From NCBI GenBank assembly GCA_035221665.1, contig CM069154.1, positions 5,518,001-5,582,000 of the forward strand: a stretch of DNA of 64,000 nucleotides, in the 5' to 3' direction. The notes beneath the pieces are model-generated. The model saw only the letters and a list, made by a program, of their open reading frames with translations, did not search any database and was not told the origin of the DNA. This DNA comes from Okamejei kenojei (Eukaryota). Positions 41,115 to 54,209 of the stretch are shown here, piece by piece (the first letter of the stretch is position 1; each line of letters begins with the position of its first letter). The position numbers and the translations under genes are program-made.

Positions 41115-41470
41115 AAATAATAATAATAATACATTTATGTGTATAGCACATTTAAAAACAACTCACGTTGACCAAAGTGCTTCACATCTGTGCAGGTACT
41201 AATGTGATACATACTACGGTGGACAGGCCTAACAATACATACATAAACTATTTACAGCGCCCCCTCAGAGGGGCTCAAAAACACTAGGGAGTAGAAATAG
41301 GTTTTGAGTCGTGACTTAAAGGAGTCGATGGTGGGGGCAGTTCTGATGAGGAGCGGGATGCTGTTCCACAGTCTAGGTGCTGCAACTGCAAAAGCGTGGT
41401 CACCCCTGAGCTTAAACCTGGACCACGGGATAGTCAGAAGCCCCAAGTCGGCCGACCTGAGGGTCAGAGG
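41115..41470 (-). mobile_element. L2 LINE 3' fragment
   Basis: LRSADLGLLTIP...GDHAFAVAAPRLWNSIP..IR......FKSRLKTYF, followed by an (ATT)n tail. Confidence 0.85.
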
Positions 41471-41884
41471 CATTCCCCTGCTACTTTTCCTTGATGCAAT
41501 AGATTATATTAGATAGACACATCCTTCTCTCAAGAGGTGTTGCTTGTCCCGCTGAGTTACTCCAGCATTTTGTGTCTACCTTCAGTGTAAACAAGCATCT
41601 GCAGTTCCTTCCTACACAATTTATATTAGAGTTGCAGGAAGTAACTTCATGAAAACATATTTGTCCTGCATCCAATCCTCCTCCGCAAAGAGTGAACCAT
41701 ACAACTGTGCCTTACAGCGCCAGAGACCAGGGTTCGATCCTGACTATGGGTCCGGTCTTTATGGAGTTTGTATGTTCTTCCCATGACCGCATGGTTTTTC
41801 TCCGAGACCTTTGGTATCCTCCCACACTCCATAGACGTACAGGTTTGTAGATTAATTGGCTTGATATAAATGTAAATTGTATAC

Positions 41885-42925
41885 AGACCACCAAACAGCA
41901 GTAGGGAGGTTGGGGATAGCTACATGCAGGAAATTAGGGGTGCATGTAGCAAAGGTACAGCGGTTATCATGGGTGACTTTAGATTGGGCCAACCAAATTG
42001 GTAACAACACTGAGAAGCAGGATTTCCTGGAATGTATACGGGATGGGTTTTTAAACCAATATGTAGAGGAACCGACTAGAGGGCAGGCCATCCTAGACTG
42101 GGTATTGTGTAATGAGGAAGGTTTAGCGATCTTGTTGTGCTGAGCCCCTTGGGCAACAGTGACCATAATATAGAGGAATCCTACATTAGGATGGAGGGTG
42201 ACACGGTTAATTCACAGACTAGGGTCCTAAACTTGATTAAAGGAGACTTTGAAGGTATGAGACGGGAATTGGCTAGGAAAGACTGGGAAACTATACTTAA
42301 AGGGTTGACAGTGGAGATGCAATGGAAAAGATTTAAAGACCGCAAGGATGAACTTCAGAAATTGTTCATCCCTGTCTGGTGAAAAAATAAAACTGGGAAG
42401 GCAGCTCGAACGTGACTGATGAGGGAAGTCAAGGATAGTGTTAAATCCAAGGAAGAGGCATATAAATTGGTCAGAAGAAGAGGCAAACCAAAGGACTGGG
42501 AGAAATTTAGAACAACAGAGGAGGACAAAGGGGTTAATTAAAAGGGGGGAAAGAGCATGAAAGAAAGCTTGCGGGGAATATAAAAACTGACTATAAAGGT
42601 TTCTTTAGGTATGTAAAAAGGAAAAGATTTGTGAAGACGAATGTAGGTCCCTTACAGTCAGAGACAGGTGGATTTATAATGGGAAACAAGGGAATGACAG
42701 AACAGTTAAACAAGTACTTTGGTTCTGTTCACTAAGGAAGACACAAACAATATCCCGGAAATACTGTGAGCCGAGGATCTAATGGGAGGGAGGAACTGAA
42801 GGCAATCCACACTAGTCAGAAAATGGTGTTAGGTAAACTATTGGGACTGAAAGCAGATAAATCCCCAGAACCTGATGGTCTGCATCCCAATGTACTCAAG
42901 GAGGTGGCCCTAGAAATCGTGAAGT
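41885..42925 (+). mobile_element. CR1 LINE ORF2 internal fragment (duplicated at 58020-59060, minus strand)
   Basis: FLNQYVEEPTRGQAILDWVLCN, PLGNSDHN and KSPEPDGLHP motifs. Confidence 0.85.
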
Positions 42926-43196
42926 AAAAATTCACAGCGACCATAATGAGACCACGACTAGTTCCCAGAATGTGGGAACTCCTCATGACCATGAAGGCAA
43001 CTCCCCGGCAACCACCCACGAACATGTGGCGACTGCATAGTCTCCTGCAGTCGCCTAAAAAGTCTCCTAAGTGGGACAGGCCCATAACTTTCATGAAAGT
43101 GCATCAAGTATGACATCAATGGATAAAATGTAACATTATCCTTTGCGTGACTTCAATGAAGTTCATATGAGAATTAATTATCATTATATTTTTCAG

Positions 43197-43249
43197 GCTC
43201 AAATGGACAGAGAATTATGAATCGGGAAAATCCAGCCGAAAGTTTCACA
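43197..43249 (+). CDS. Gene A candidate exon 5: cytoplasmic
   Basis: TATTTTTCAG| acceptor, |GTAAGG donor, phase 1-0 matching the TM exon. Reads GSNGQRIMNRENPAESFT. Both splice sites retained in the inverted copy (about 57695-57741). Confidence 0.6.
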
Positions 43250-43760
43250 GTAAGGCAATGCCACAGCATGTTATGGCCGCAGGGAAATAAAACAACCTTA
43301 CTGGGATTCATCCCTGAAGGGTCACACATCACATGACATATCGATCACTTGACCGCTTATAACATGGCACCTAAATGATCGAGTGCCCATCCTTGGCCTT
43401 CTACACTGCCTTGGTGAGGCCAGGCACAAACTAAAAGCACAACATCTGGGTTCGGTCCTGACCACGGGTGCTGTCTGTGTGGAGTTTGCAGGTTTTTCCA
43501 GTGACCACCTGGGTTTCGTCTGGATGCTCCGGTTTCCTCCCACATCCCAAAGACGGGCGGGTTTGTAAGTGAATTGCCCTCCATAAATTTCCCCCAGTGT
43601 GTAGGGAGTGGATGAGAAAGTGGGATAACATAGATCTAAGGTGGACAGGTGATCGATGGTCGCTGTGAGGCAGTAGGTCTACCAGCTGCACCACTGAGCC
43701 CATCCTTTCACTTCCTTTGTTGCCATTAATGGTCTCGACTGAGTTCACTCCTGTTGTCAG

Positions 43761-44078
43761 TGGGCGGCACAGTGGCGCAGCGGTAGAGCTACAGCCTCAC
43801 AGCGCCAGAGACCCGAGTTCCATCCTGACCTCGGATGTTGTCTGTGCAGTGTTTGCACGTTCTCCCTGTGACCGCCCGGGTTTTCTTTCTCTCTCCGGTG
43901 ATCCGGTGTTGCTCCCACATTCCAAAGATTGTGCAGGTTTGTAGGTTAATTGGCTTCTGTAAATTGCCCCCAGTGTGTAGGGATAACATGGAACAACTGT
44001 GAATGGGTGACTGATGGTCAGCGTGGACTTGGTGGGCCAAGGAGCCCGTTTCCATTCAGCATCTCTAAACTAAACTAA
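43761..44078 (+). mobile_element. tRNA-derived SINE
   Basis: A-box TGGCGCAGCGG, degenerate B-box, (CTAAA)n tail. Confidence 0.8.
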
Positions 44079-44428
44079 GTAATTATGTTTAGGTCTGACG
44101 AAGGGTCTCGACCCAAAATGCCACCTATTCCTTTTCTCCAGAGATGTTACTCCTGCATTTTGTGTATGCAGTCCTCAAAAAGGCAGTCAGCATCATCGGA
44201 GACCCACAGCACCCTGGCCGCGCTCTCCTTTCACCTCTGCCATCGGCAGTCCAAAAACTGGAACGTCCAGGTTCAGGAAACACTCATACCTACAGCTATG
44301 AGGCTATTAGACACAACAACCCCAAATATGGTCCAAACTAATTAGTCTTGGGGGCATTGGTTTTAACTTTTTTGCACTTTTACGTGTGGGACATATGACA
44401 ATAAAACACTCCTGACACTATCTTTAAG

Positions 44429-44759
44429 AAAGAACTTCAGATGCTGGAAAAATCGTAGGTAGACAAAAAATGCTGGAGAAACTCAGCGGATGAGGCAGCA
44501 TCTATGAATAGGTGACGTTTTTTTCGGTTTGGAGATGTCAATGTTCCAGCAAACCCTTGCTTTCCCTCTCTCTCCCATCCCTCCCCCTTCCCAGTTCCCA
44601 CCAGTTCTTACTGTCTCCGCCTTAATTTTATCTCTGTAATGCCCATTCTCCTGACATCAGTCTGAAGAAGGGTTTTCGACCGAAACATCACCTATTCTTT
44701 CGCACGCAATAGATGCTGCTTGACCCGCTGAGTTTCTCCAGCATTTTCGTCTACCTTCT
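44429..44759. mobile_element. Penelope-derived insertion with inverted 5' part and a 16-bp flanking duplication
   Basis: Minus-oriented repeat at 44429-44522 and plus-oriented repeat up to 44759, with a hammerhead-like motif at 44661. TGACACTATCTTTAAG at 44413-44428 and 44760-44775. Confidence 0.7.
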
Positions 44760-44802
44760 TGACACTATCTTTAAGTAATTATGTTTCTCACTTGACTCCA
44801 AG

Positions 44803-44960
44803 GAAACCCCTGTCATTAATACCACGTGACAAACCGTTCTCCAGCTAGCACGGAGAATAATTAACATCAACCTTCAGGATGTGAATACAACAAGGACAAG
44901 CCAAGAGGCAAGGTGCCGCAGAAAGTTGTGTACGCAACAATTCTCACTGATAATAATTAA
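44803..44960 (+). CDS. Gene A candidate terminal exon with ITIM VVYATI; frame disrupted as assembled
   Basis: Acceptor CTTGACTCCAAG| (phase 0) reads ETPVINTT*. A second frame reads ...PQKVVYATILTDNN*, with the ITIM at 44925-44942. Confidence 0.5.
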
Positions 44961-47297
44961 TTCAAGCACCGGAGAACACCAAGAAATGCATTGGAAACGG
45001 ACAGTCTGGTAAAATTTGTCTTTTGCTTTGCCCACAAATCCAGACATTTGTTTTCAGATCTCCAAGAACAGTGCATGGTCATCAAGATAACTGCAGATTT
45101 GGTAAATCTGATAATAGAACTTAGATAAGTAAAACAGGCCCTTCGGCCCACAATATCCGTGCCGAAAATGAAAAATGAAAAAAAACACTCAGCACCTGTG
45201 GAGATAGAAACAGAGATAACTAATGTTAGTTCGATGACCTTAAGGTAGAGAGGGGAAAGAAGGAAAGAGTTTAGTAGGAACCCGAGCGTTCAACTTTTTC
45301 ACTCAGAGGGTGGTGTTTGTAAGGAACAAGCTGCTAGAGAAGGTAGTTGAGGCAGGTACATTAACAACATTTAAAAGACTTTTGGATAGATACATGGAAG
45401 AAAAGGTTTAGAGGGATATGGGCCAAATGTGGGAAGGTGAGACTAAGATGGGTTGGCAAGGACAAATTGGTCCAAATGGCCTCGTTTGTGCTGTATGTCT
45501 CTTGTTGAGTTTGTATTCAACATAAGAAAATAAGAGCAGAAATAGGCCATTCAGCCCTTCAAGCCAATTCCTCCATTCAACACAATCATGGCTGATCTGC
45601 CTCCAACCTCATCTCCTCTCCTGTGCCAGTTCCTCAATGCCCTCGACTCCCTGCCCCTTCAAACTCCTCTTGAAATATCCCTAATGATCCAGCCTCAATA
45701 ACCTCCCAGTTGCAGGTTATTCCAGGGATTCGTCACTCCGTTCCGCTTTCCACAAATGCCGCCGAACATGTTGAGATTTTCCACCATTTTTCTTTTGCCT
45801 CAATTAGAACAGCTGTGGAATTTGAACTGCTATTAATTTGTGATTAAAAATAAATATGTAAAATGTACTGTTGGACACAAACTGTCGGCGCTTCTTGTTT
45901 TTTTTTTAAAAACTCACTGGCTGGTTGACCTTCCACATCCAGTTTACCAAGGTAAAAACAGCTCTGTTACCTAAGTCATAGAGTTATACAGCGCGGGGGG
46001 GAAACAGGCCCACGTGCTTTCCAGCCAATTGCTTTAATTTACCCTGTATTTTGTGAATGTTTACGCGAAGCGCAGTGGCTTGCAAATATGTGTATGAGGA
46101 ACAGGAACCGCAAGTGAGAGAGATTGTGTAAATATGTTCAAATGCTTTGTAGTGAAACATCTACAGATGACATGGGAGATGTTGTAAGCATACAATAAAG
46201 TACACTTGTCTTCTGAATACCTGGTGAGCCAAGATCGCTACCGACTTTGTCGAAGGTGTTTTGCGGATGGACGTTAGTAACACAGAACAGCACAGGAAAC
46301 ACAGCCCTTCGGCCCACATTTGTCCATGCCAAACATTGAGGGAAAGTTAAACTGATCTCATCTGCCTGCACATAGTCCACTATCCCTCCACCCCCTGCAT
46401 GTCCATGTGCCTATCTTATACTTGTACTGAAATGTATACAAAAATGAATTTCACTGTACCTCGTTACATGACAAATAAGTACCATACCATACCTATCTAA
46501 AATGCTCAGTGGGTGGGAGGGCCTCTATCTCTAAAGTCTAAAGCATAAGTGCCACAGCAGTAAGATTTGCTGCCTCATGGCGCAGGAGACCCAGCTACGA
46601 TCCTGACCACGGGTGCTGTCTGTGTGAGTTTGTACGTTTCCTGTGATCGCGTGGGCTTTCTCTGGCCTTCTCCTGCATTTCCAAAGACTGTTGCAGGTTA
46701 ATTGGCTTCTGTAAATTGCCCGTTAATGTGTGTAGGATAGAACTAGTGTGTGGGCGATCGCTGGTCGATGTGGACTCAGCGGCCCGAAGGACCGTTTTTT
46801 TCCACATGTATTTTAAACTAAACTCAACTAAAGCATTACATATTAGATGGAAATGGGATAAAATCAACAGCTGAAGCAAAGTCAGCTGCATCAGAGGACC
46901 ATCGGTTCTACAATCGAGCATCACAACTCACATGTTGGGAAAAGATAAGAGAGAAGTTGTTTCAATAGCAATGTCCTCCAAGCAGCAACTTACATCGCTT
47001 CTGCGTCACCGTGCTGCCTCGTGAAAAAAAAAAAGCCTCTGGTTATTAAACTGGAAGAGACGTGGGGCGTTGAGTGGGGGGGCACAAAATGTGGTGAGTG
47101 ATGGGTGGATACAGGTGAGGTGGGGTGGGGGGGGTTGATTGAATGCAATTAATTGATTACTGACCATCCAAACAACTTTAAAATATTTAAACAACACACA
47201 CATTTCCGCTGGATGCAATTCTCATTGCTCTTGTTCGTCTAGCAGAAGGAGAACAGACACATTTAGTTGTATTTAACAGTTTTTCAGTTTGTCAAAA

Positions 47298-47369
47298 ATG
47301 TTTATAAATTTAAAAATGCCTCACTCCAGGGCAGCACTGTCACAATGCGCATACTGTGTTTTCCTGCAG
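47298..47369 (+). CDS. Gene B candidate leader exon
   Basis: MPHSRAAL (ATG 47316) and, in the adjacent frame, VTMRILCFPA+G|GTATGG (phase 1). Resembles a signal-peptide exon with one indel. Confidence 0.3.
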
Positions 47370-47497
47370 GTATGGGAGCTAAACTCTGCACAACTGTCTC
47401 AATGCACCAGTGCTATACACTTGTACTGTATCTGAGATTGCTTATCTAAGATATATCTAAGTGCTTATGTATAGTGCGATACTTGTACTGAACAGTA

Positions 47498-49000
47498 CAT
47501 AGAAACATCAAAACATAGAAAATAGGTGCAGGAGTAGGCCATTCGGCCTTTGAGCCAGCACGAGCCATTCAATATGATCCTGGCCGGCTGATCATACCAA
47601 AATCAAATTCAAGTTCACATTTACTGCCACATGCACCAATTAAGGTTCAGTGATATCAGTATCCCGTTCCAGCTTTTTCCCCATATCGCCTGATTCCCTT
47701 AACCCTAAGAGCTAAATCTAACTCTCTCTTGAATACATACAGTGAATTGGCCTCCACTGCCTTTGGTGGCAGAGAATTCCACAGATTCATAACTCTCTGG
47801 GTGAAAAGATTTTTCCTCATCTCAGTCCTAAATGGCCTACCCCTTATTTTTAACTAATAACCCCTGGTTCTGGACACCCCAACATCGAGAACATTTTTCC
47901 TGCCACTAACCTGTCCAATCCTCTAAGAATTTTTAATGTTTCTAATAAGATCTCCTCTCATCCTTCTAACTTCCAGCGAATACAAGCCCAGTTGAACCAT
48001 TCTTTCATCATATGTCAGTCCTGTCATCCTGGGAATTAACCTGGTGAACATACACTGCACTCACTCAATAGCAATAATGTACTTCCTCAAATTAGGAGAC
48101 CAAAACTGGACACAATACTCCAGGTGTGGTCTCACCAGGGCCCTGTACAACTGCAGTAGAACTTCCTTTCTCCAAAACTCAAATCCTCTCGCAATGATGG
48201 CCAACATGCCATTGCTTTTCTTCACTGCCTGCCTGTACTGGCATGCTACTTTCAGTGACTGATGTACAATGCCTCACACCCACTTGTGGTTGCTCCTCCC
48301 CTTCTCCTAATCTGACACCATTCAGATAATAATCTGCCTTCCTGTTCTTGCCACCAAAGTGGATAACCTCACATGTTTATCCACATTATACTCCATCTGC
48401 CATGCCTCTGCCCACTCACTAAACCGATCCAAGTCACCCTGCAGCCTCTTAGCATCCTCCTTGCAGCTCACACTTGCCACCAGCTTTGTGTCATCCGCAA
48501 ACTTAGTAATGTTACATTTAATTCCCTCATCTAAATTGATAATATATATTGTAAATAACTGGGGTCTCAGCACCGAGCCTTGTGGCACCCCACTAGTCAC
48601 TGCCTGCCATTCTGAAAAAGACCCGTTAATTCCTACCCTTTGCTTCCTGTCTGCCAGCCAGTTTCTCTATCCATGTCAATGCCCTACGCCAATACTAAGG
48701 TTTTATTGTGCTCTAATTTAGCATGCTAATCCTTTGTGTGGAACTTGTCAAGGCTTTTTTAAAGTCCAGATACTCATCATCCACTGGCTCCTCCTTATCC
48801 ATTCTACCGTTTTACCATCCTCAAAAAATTCCAAAAGATTAGTCAAGCATGATTTCCCCTTCATAAATCCATGCTGACTTTGACCGATTCCTGTCACTGC
48901 GTTCCAAATGCGCTGCTATAAAACCATTCTTAATAATCAATTCCAGCATCTTTCCCCACTAACCAATGTAAGACTAAACGTGTCTATAATTCCTCGTTTT
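47498..49000 (-). mobile_element. CR1 LINE RT/3' fragment
   Basis: [12 protein letters not shown] and QGDLDR motifs. 3' UTR and tail at about 47500. Confidence 0.9.
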
Positions 49001-51954
49001 CACATTCGCGAGTGGTCCCGTAACCTTTGACTCTCTTACCCTGAGTCAACCATGCTTACAATCTTCGCAATGTTAAGTTCTGGATTGGAGCTCACGTTCC
49101 TGGTCACACTATGCTATGACACTTTCCCAGCTACCGCTGACATGCAGTAAATGATTGCATTCATTGCACAACCATCTCCATTTTTTACTCATACCATACA
49201 AATTGCTCAAAACTGCAAAACCAATCCAGAACTGCCCATTGAAATTCAAGGCACCGTACTCTCCTTATTACTGAATGGCCACTCAGCTGACATCTGGCAT
49301 TTCTAATGTTGGTTTAGTTTAGAGGAACAGTGGCGGTGGTGAGAGCGGGTTCTCTGGATACTTTCAAGAGAGAGCGAGATAGGGCTCTTAACGATGGCAG
49401 AGTCAGGGGATATGGGGAAGAAGGCAGGAAACGGTGGTACTACAGATTGGGGATGATTCAGCCATTGAATGGCGGTGCTGGCTCAAAGGGCCGAATGGCC
49501 TACTCCTTGACATCACACACACTATTTCTACCTATTGTCTATTGTCTATTGTCTAATTGAACCAACACCTTCGGCCCACCAAGGTCTGCGGCGTACCAGC
49601 GATCCCTGCACACTAACACCATCCTACACATCAGGGACAATTTGCAATTACACCAAGCCATTTTAGCCTACAAACCTGCACGTCTTTGGAGAGTGTGGGA
49701 GGAAACTGGAGATCCTGAAGAAAACCCACGCAGGTTGACGGGAAGGACGTACAAACTCTCATATAGACAAGCACCCGTAGTTAGGATTCGAACCCGGGTG
49801 TCTGTGCTGTAAGGCAGCAACTCTACCACTGCACCCCAAGATATTATGATACCAAAAAGATATTCCAAGTCTGTCTACATTGAGATAGAAGAGGACTCTT
49901 GCAGCAGCATGAAACCATAGCAACCATTCCTATCCATGTACCATGTCCAATTGCTTGTTATTGTAGCTCGCTTTTGCTACCTCCTTTGCAGCTCGTTCCA
50001 TTATACCACACCACTTTCACATTCCACATGAGTAAAGCGTTGCCCCTTATTCCTATTAAATCCCTCCCCCCCTCAATTTAAACGTGTCTGGTTTTGACCT
50101 TTTTACTCTGGGTATAAAAGATTCTGTGAACTCTCCTAATTCCTCCTCAGATTGTATACAACTCTTAAGTACCCCTGTTCCTGTGTCCAAGGAATAAAGT
50201 CTAGATTATCCAAATATACTTTAGTTTTTCATTTAGTTCATCACATGGCCAGGCACAATGAAACACTTTTTTTCTTGATGCCCTCCAGTCAGCAAAAGGA
50301 CATACGAAGAAGCCACCCACAGGTTACAGATACAGGATAAGGGAAATACTGTAGGTTTTAGGTACAATCAATTAAAAGATGGTGCCAATTCCCATTGAGG
50401 TGGGATTGTAGGGTCACGATCACTCTCTTAGTTGTAATAAGAAGGTTCCGTTTCTGATAACATGAAGGAAGGAGAACTCTGAAGTCTGCAGGTTGCGTTT
50501 TCAAATTCTGTACCTCTTGCCTGAGAGAGAGGGAGAAGAGGGAGTTTTCACAGGGGTGAGATCTCCGTCCTTGTTAGCTCAGACTTTCGAGTCACTGGTA
50601 AAATCCTGATAAAATCTATCTCAGCACTCTTCCCAGTTTCTCTTCAACTGTTTAGGGAAAGAACGGATGCAGATCCGGTTAGTTTAAAACCGAAGTAGAC
50701 ACAAAAAAGCCGGAATGTAACTCAGACAGTGGAAGATTACCGGATTTATTACGGGGTTCCAGGAGGTTCCCAATGGGGAGAAGCAGGAGAATGGGGTTAG
50801 GAGGGAGATTAGATCAGCCATGACTGTGAGAGTAGACATTGGGCGAACCGAACAGCCTTTCTGCCCCATCAACGATGGAACCTATTATATGAACGTGAAG
50901 GATTAGCTTTGTTATTTAAATAAGTGATGATACGCTGCTGTTCAGAAAGGACCAGGAGCCTAGAAAAGAACCAATTAACTTTACATTTTAGTGGAGAGTT
51001 AAACGACTGTGTCAAGAGTTGGGTTTTAACAGAGGATTAAAGAGGACTTTCGGGACTGGCACATGCATGTAAGAGAAAAAAAGGATACAAAGTGCTGAGA
51101 GTCTAGTCAGGCAGCAATCAGAGGAACATGGATTAGGTGATATTTTGGGCCGGGACATTCTTCAGAGTGCAGGTGGGGGGAGGGGGAGGGGAGAATGCCC
51201 CACTCTATGTCATATCAGTTTTTAAGAGTCCTTGGTAGGGGCAGATGGAGTATGCGGAAATGGGAAGTGGTATGGATGATGAGCAGGCAGATAGGGGTTG
51301 GTCAAATCATGTTCAATGGTGATTGGGGCAAATGGCGTTTTTGTGCTGGTTCTGTTCTAGTTTTAAGTGAAGATGCAGCACCAGAAGATGTACAGAGATC
51401 CTTCCTCGGCTGCTTGTCTTTGTGGGAGTTTCTCCCCGTCACAGGGATTTCTTCCGGATGCTCCAGTTTCCTCCCACCTCCCATTAGGATGAGGGGGACA
51501 GAAACGCATAGTGAAGGCTGGAGATAGAGTGAATGTGGAGATGGATGTTTCGACTGGTGGGAGAGTCCAGGGACAGAAGTGCACAGCCTCAAAATACAGG
51601 ACGTTTAGTTTAGTTTGGTGATACAGCGTGAGAAACAGGCGCTTCGACCCACAGTCCGCGCTGACAGCGATCCCCACCACATTAGTTTCCATCCTATACA
51701 CTAGGAACGATTTTTAACCGAAGCCAATTAACCTACAAACCTGCACGTCTTTGGAGTATGGGAGGAAACCGGAGACACCCCGAAGAAAACCGATACAGGT
51801 CAGAGTGGAGAATGTACAAATTCTGTACAGACTGCACGACGGTACGCGGGTCTCTGGCGCTGTAAGGCTGCATCTCTACCCCTGCGCTACTGTCCTGTAC
51901 CTGTACCTGTTACAAAGGACATACCTGAACAAAGGTGTTGTTTGGAATTACCTT

Positions 51955-53180
51955 TTCTTTTTTTTTTTTTTTTTTAAAAAAATTTATTTTAGTCAGAATA
52001 AACCAAGTAACACTCTTATAAACGTACATTGAGATTTATACAATGTATAAAATTATACCGATAGATTATTATTCGTACTATTTATGATAATTTGTAGAAA
52101 AAACCATTATAACCTTCCGTTATTATTTATTTAAATAAATGGTGCAATATGTAGTATAATTCCTAATATAAGTACTACACATAGATTTCTCCAGCAAATA
52201 AATTCTTCTAATTACCAAATAGAAAACCCCGCCTAATATTAACTACGTAATACCCAAACACTAAACAACATATTTTTTTTTAATAATCATAATTATAAAC
52301 AAAGTATTAAAACTGTTATGGAATTAATTGTTAATTTTTATAATTCATAGTGATTATAGAATCCAATTTGAAAGTACATAGTTTTATATAATTACAAGTT
52401 TAGACCTACAATAAAATCTTTATTCATACCACCAGAGAAAAGTGTGTACATATTAAAAATTTATATAGTATGAATACTAATACTTGTTTTCCTTAAATAA
52501 AAAGATAGATAGATAGAAAAAAAGAATAGACAAATAGAAAATAAGGTAAGAAAAGTTTGATGGAGAATTAAAGTATTTACACATCCAATCTTGTGAGATA
52601 CACTCATGATTTTTATGTGTATTCTTCAACCACTCAGAATATTCAGGCCTCATTCAGTCCCTGCGCCGAACCATTGTGACCCAGAAGAAATTTAATATAG
52701 TGATACCATATCTCCTGAAGAGATCTAACCTTAGTACCATTAGGAAGAAAGTCTCACTCTCCAAGGTGAGTGTCCTCCGTCATTTTCTGTATTCCACATT
52801 TAATTGTGGGGATGTACAGGGCCTTTCCAAAATTTAAAAAATTAATTTTTTTCCCCCATTATTAAAGAATAGTCGATAAAATTCTTGATTCATGTATATA
52901 TTTGTTCCAATTTCCCCTATTCCCAAGTATGTATTAACTTGGGTCATAAATCATAGAAATAAATAAATAACCCAACTTTTCGAGATTGTATTGAATATTT
53001 CATTCCAATATTGTAAAAATCTTCGTGCAATTAGTAAATGAAATGCACAGCGTATGCTTCCAATATTGAACATTTATCACCTTAAGGTGATCGTTTGGAA
53101 ATATCAATATAGTATTTAGATTTAGAATAATGTAATCTATGTAAGATTTTAAACTGTAAATAGTGCGTGTATGAGATTTC
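51955..53180 (-). mobile_element. L1 3' fragment, same family as 25070-29346
   Basis: Reverse complement matches AAATTTTGGAAAGGCCCTG.CATCCCCACAATTAAA.TGTGGAATACAGAAA of the 28780 region. Poly(T) at 51955-51975 is the poly(A) tail. Confidence 0.8.
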
Positions 53181-53476
53181 TTTTTGTCAGAGGTGTGTGA
53201 TCTGTGGAATTCAATTGCCACAGATGCCTGAGGAGGCCAAGTCATTGGGTATTTTTAAGGCGGAGATATTCTCAGATTCTTGGTGAAATTTACGGTAACA
53301 GGGTTATGGGGAGAAGGCAGGAGAAATTGGGTTTGAGAGGTAGAAATAGAACATCCATGATTGAATGGCGGGACAGACGATGAACCGACATGGCCTAAAA
53401 GTGTCTCCTTAACTTATGAAACATGAGATTAATGTCCGGCGGGGAGAGGGTGGGGGGTGGGGGGGGGGGGGGTGGT

Positions 53477-53507
<31 letters not shown>

Positions 53508-53596
53508 GGGGGGGGGTTTGGTTTATGGGAATATTTTTTGATGTGATTCTGTAAAATTTCCAGCATTAAATTTCACCCAACATGTTCCTATCACAG

Positions 53597-53892
53597 CTAC
53601 CACCAGATGGCGATAAAGCAGCAGGGAGAAACAGTGGACTATAGAATACCAAACGCTCAGAAAACAGGACCAGACAGCCTGGTTCAAAGCCTATCTCGAA
53701 AAGAGAGTCCAAATAAAAGTCAACCCTCAGCAAGACTAGAACCGTTTGGGAAGATATATCAATCAGAAGACCCCAAAGGTCTGGTTTTGTAACAAGTCAA
53801 CTTCATAAGAATATGCAGGAACAATACTGTGTGAACAATTCAGACAGAATGGAATCCATGTTTCGATATTGTCATGCTGGATGTATTCACAG
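53597..53892 (+). pseudogene. Gene B degraded Ig V-like exon (pseudogene or uncorrected indels)
   Basis: TTCCTATCACAG| acceptor and G|GTTAAG donor 296 nt apart. Frame-switching fragments GETV.TIE, TAWFK, SQLHKN-(D)AGT-(YW)CE at 53796-53834, and VMLDVFT. Confidence 0.5.
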
Positions 53893-54209
53893 GTTAAGAG
53901 GTTTACCGAAGATTTTTAAGACTGACATATCTTCACCGGATAATACCCAACTTTGAAGCTGTGCCATATGAGCATAAGATTGTTATGGAGAGGTGCTGCC
54001 CGACCTGCTGGAGTTACTCCAGCACTTTCTACGCAAGATTCCAGCATCTGCAGCTCCTTGTGTCTTACCGATTGTTAAGGCGTTTTAACTTACAAAGGTG
54101 TGTTGGAAGGATTGTGGTGGTGCACCGGAAGATAGACACAAAATTGCTGGAGTAACTCAGCGGGTCAGGCAGATTCCGGGAGAAAATTGAATACGTGACA
54201 TTTTGGGTC

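Noticed and set aside
53600-53612. CTCF-like motif CCACCAGATGGCG
   Set aside because: Single motif match in error-prone sequence that overlaps a putative exon. No independent support.
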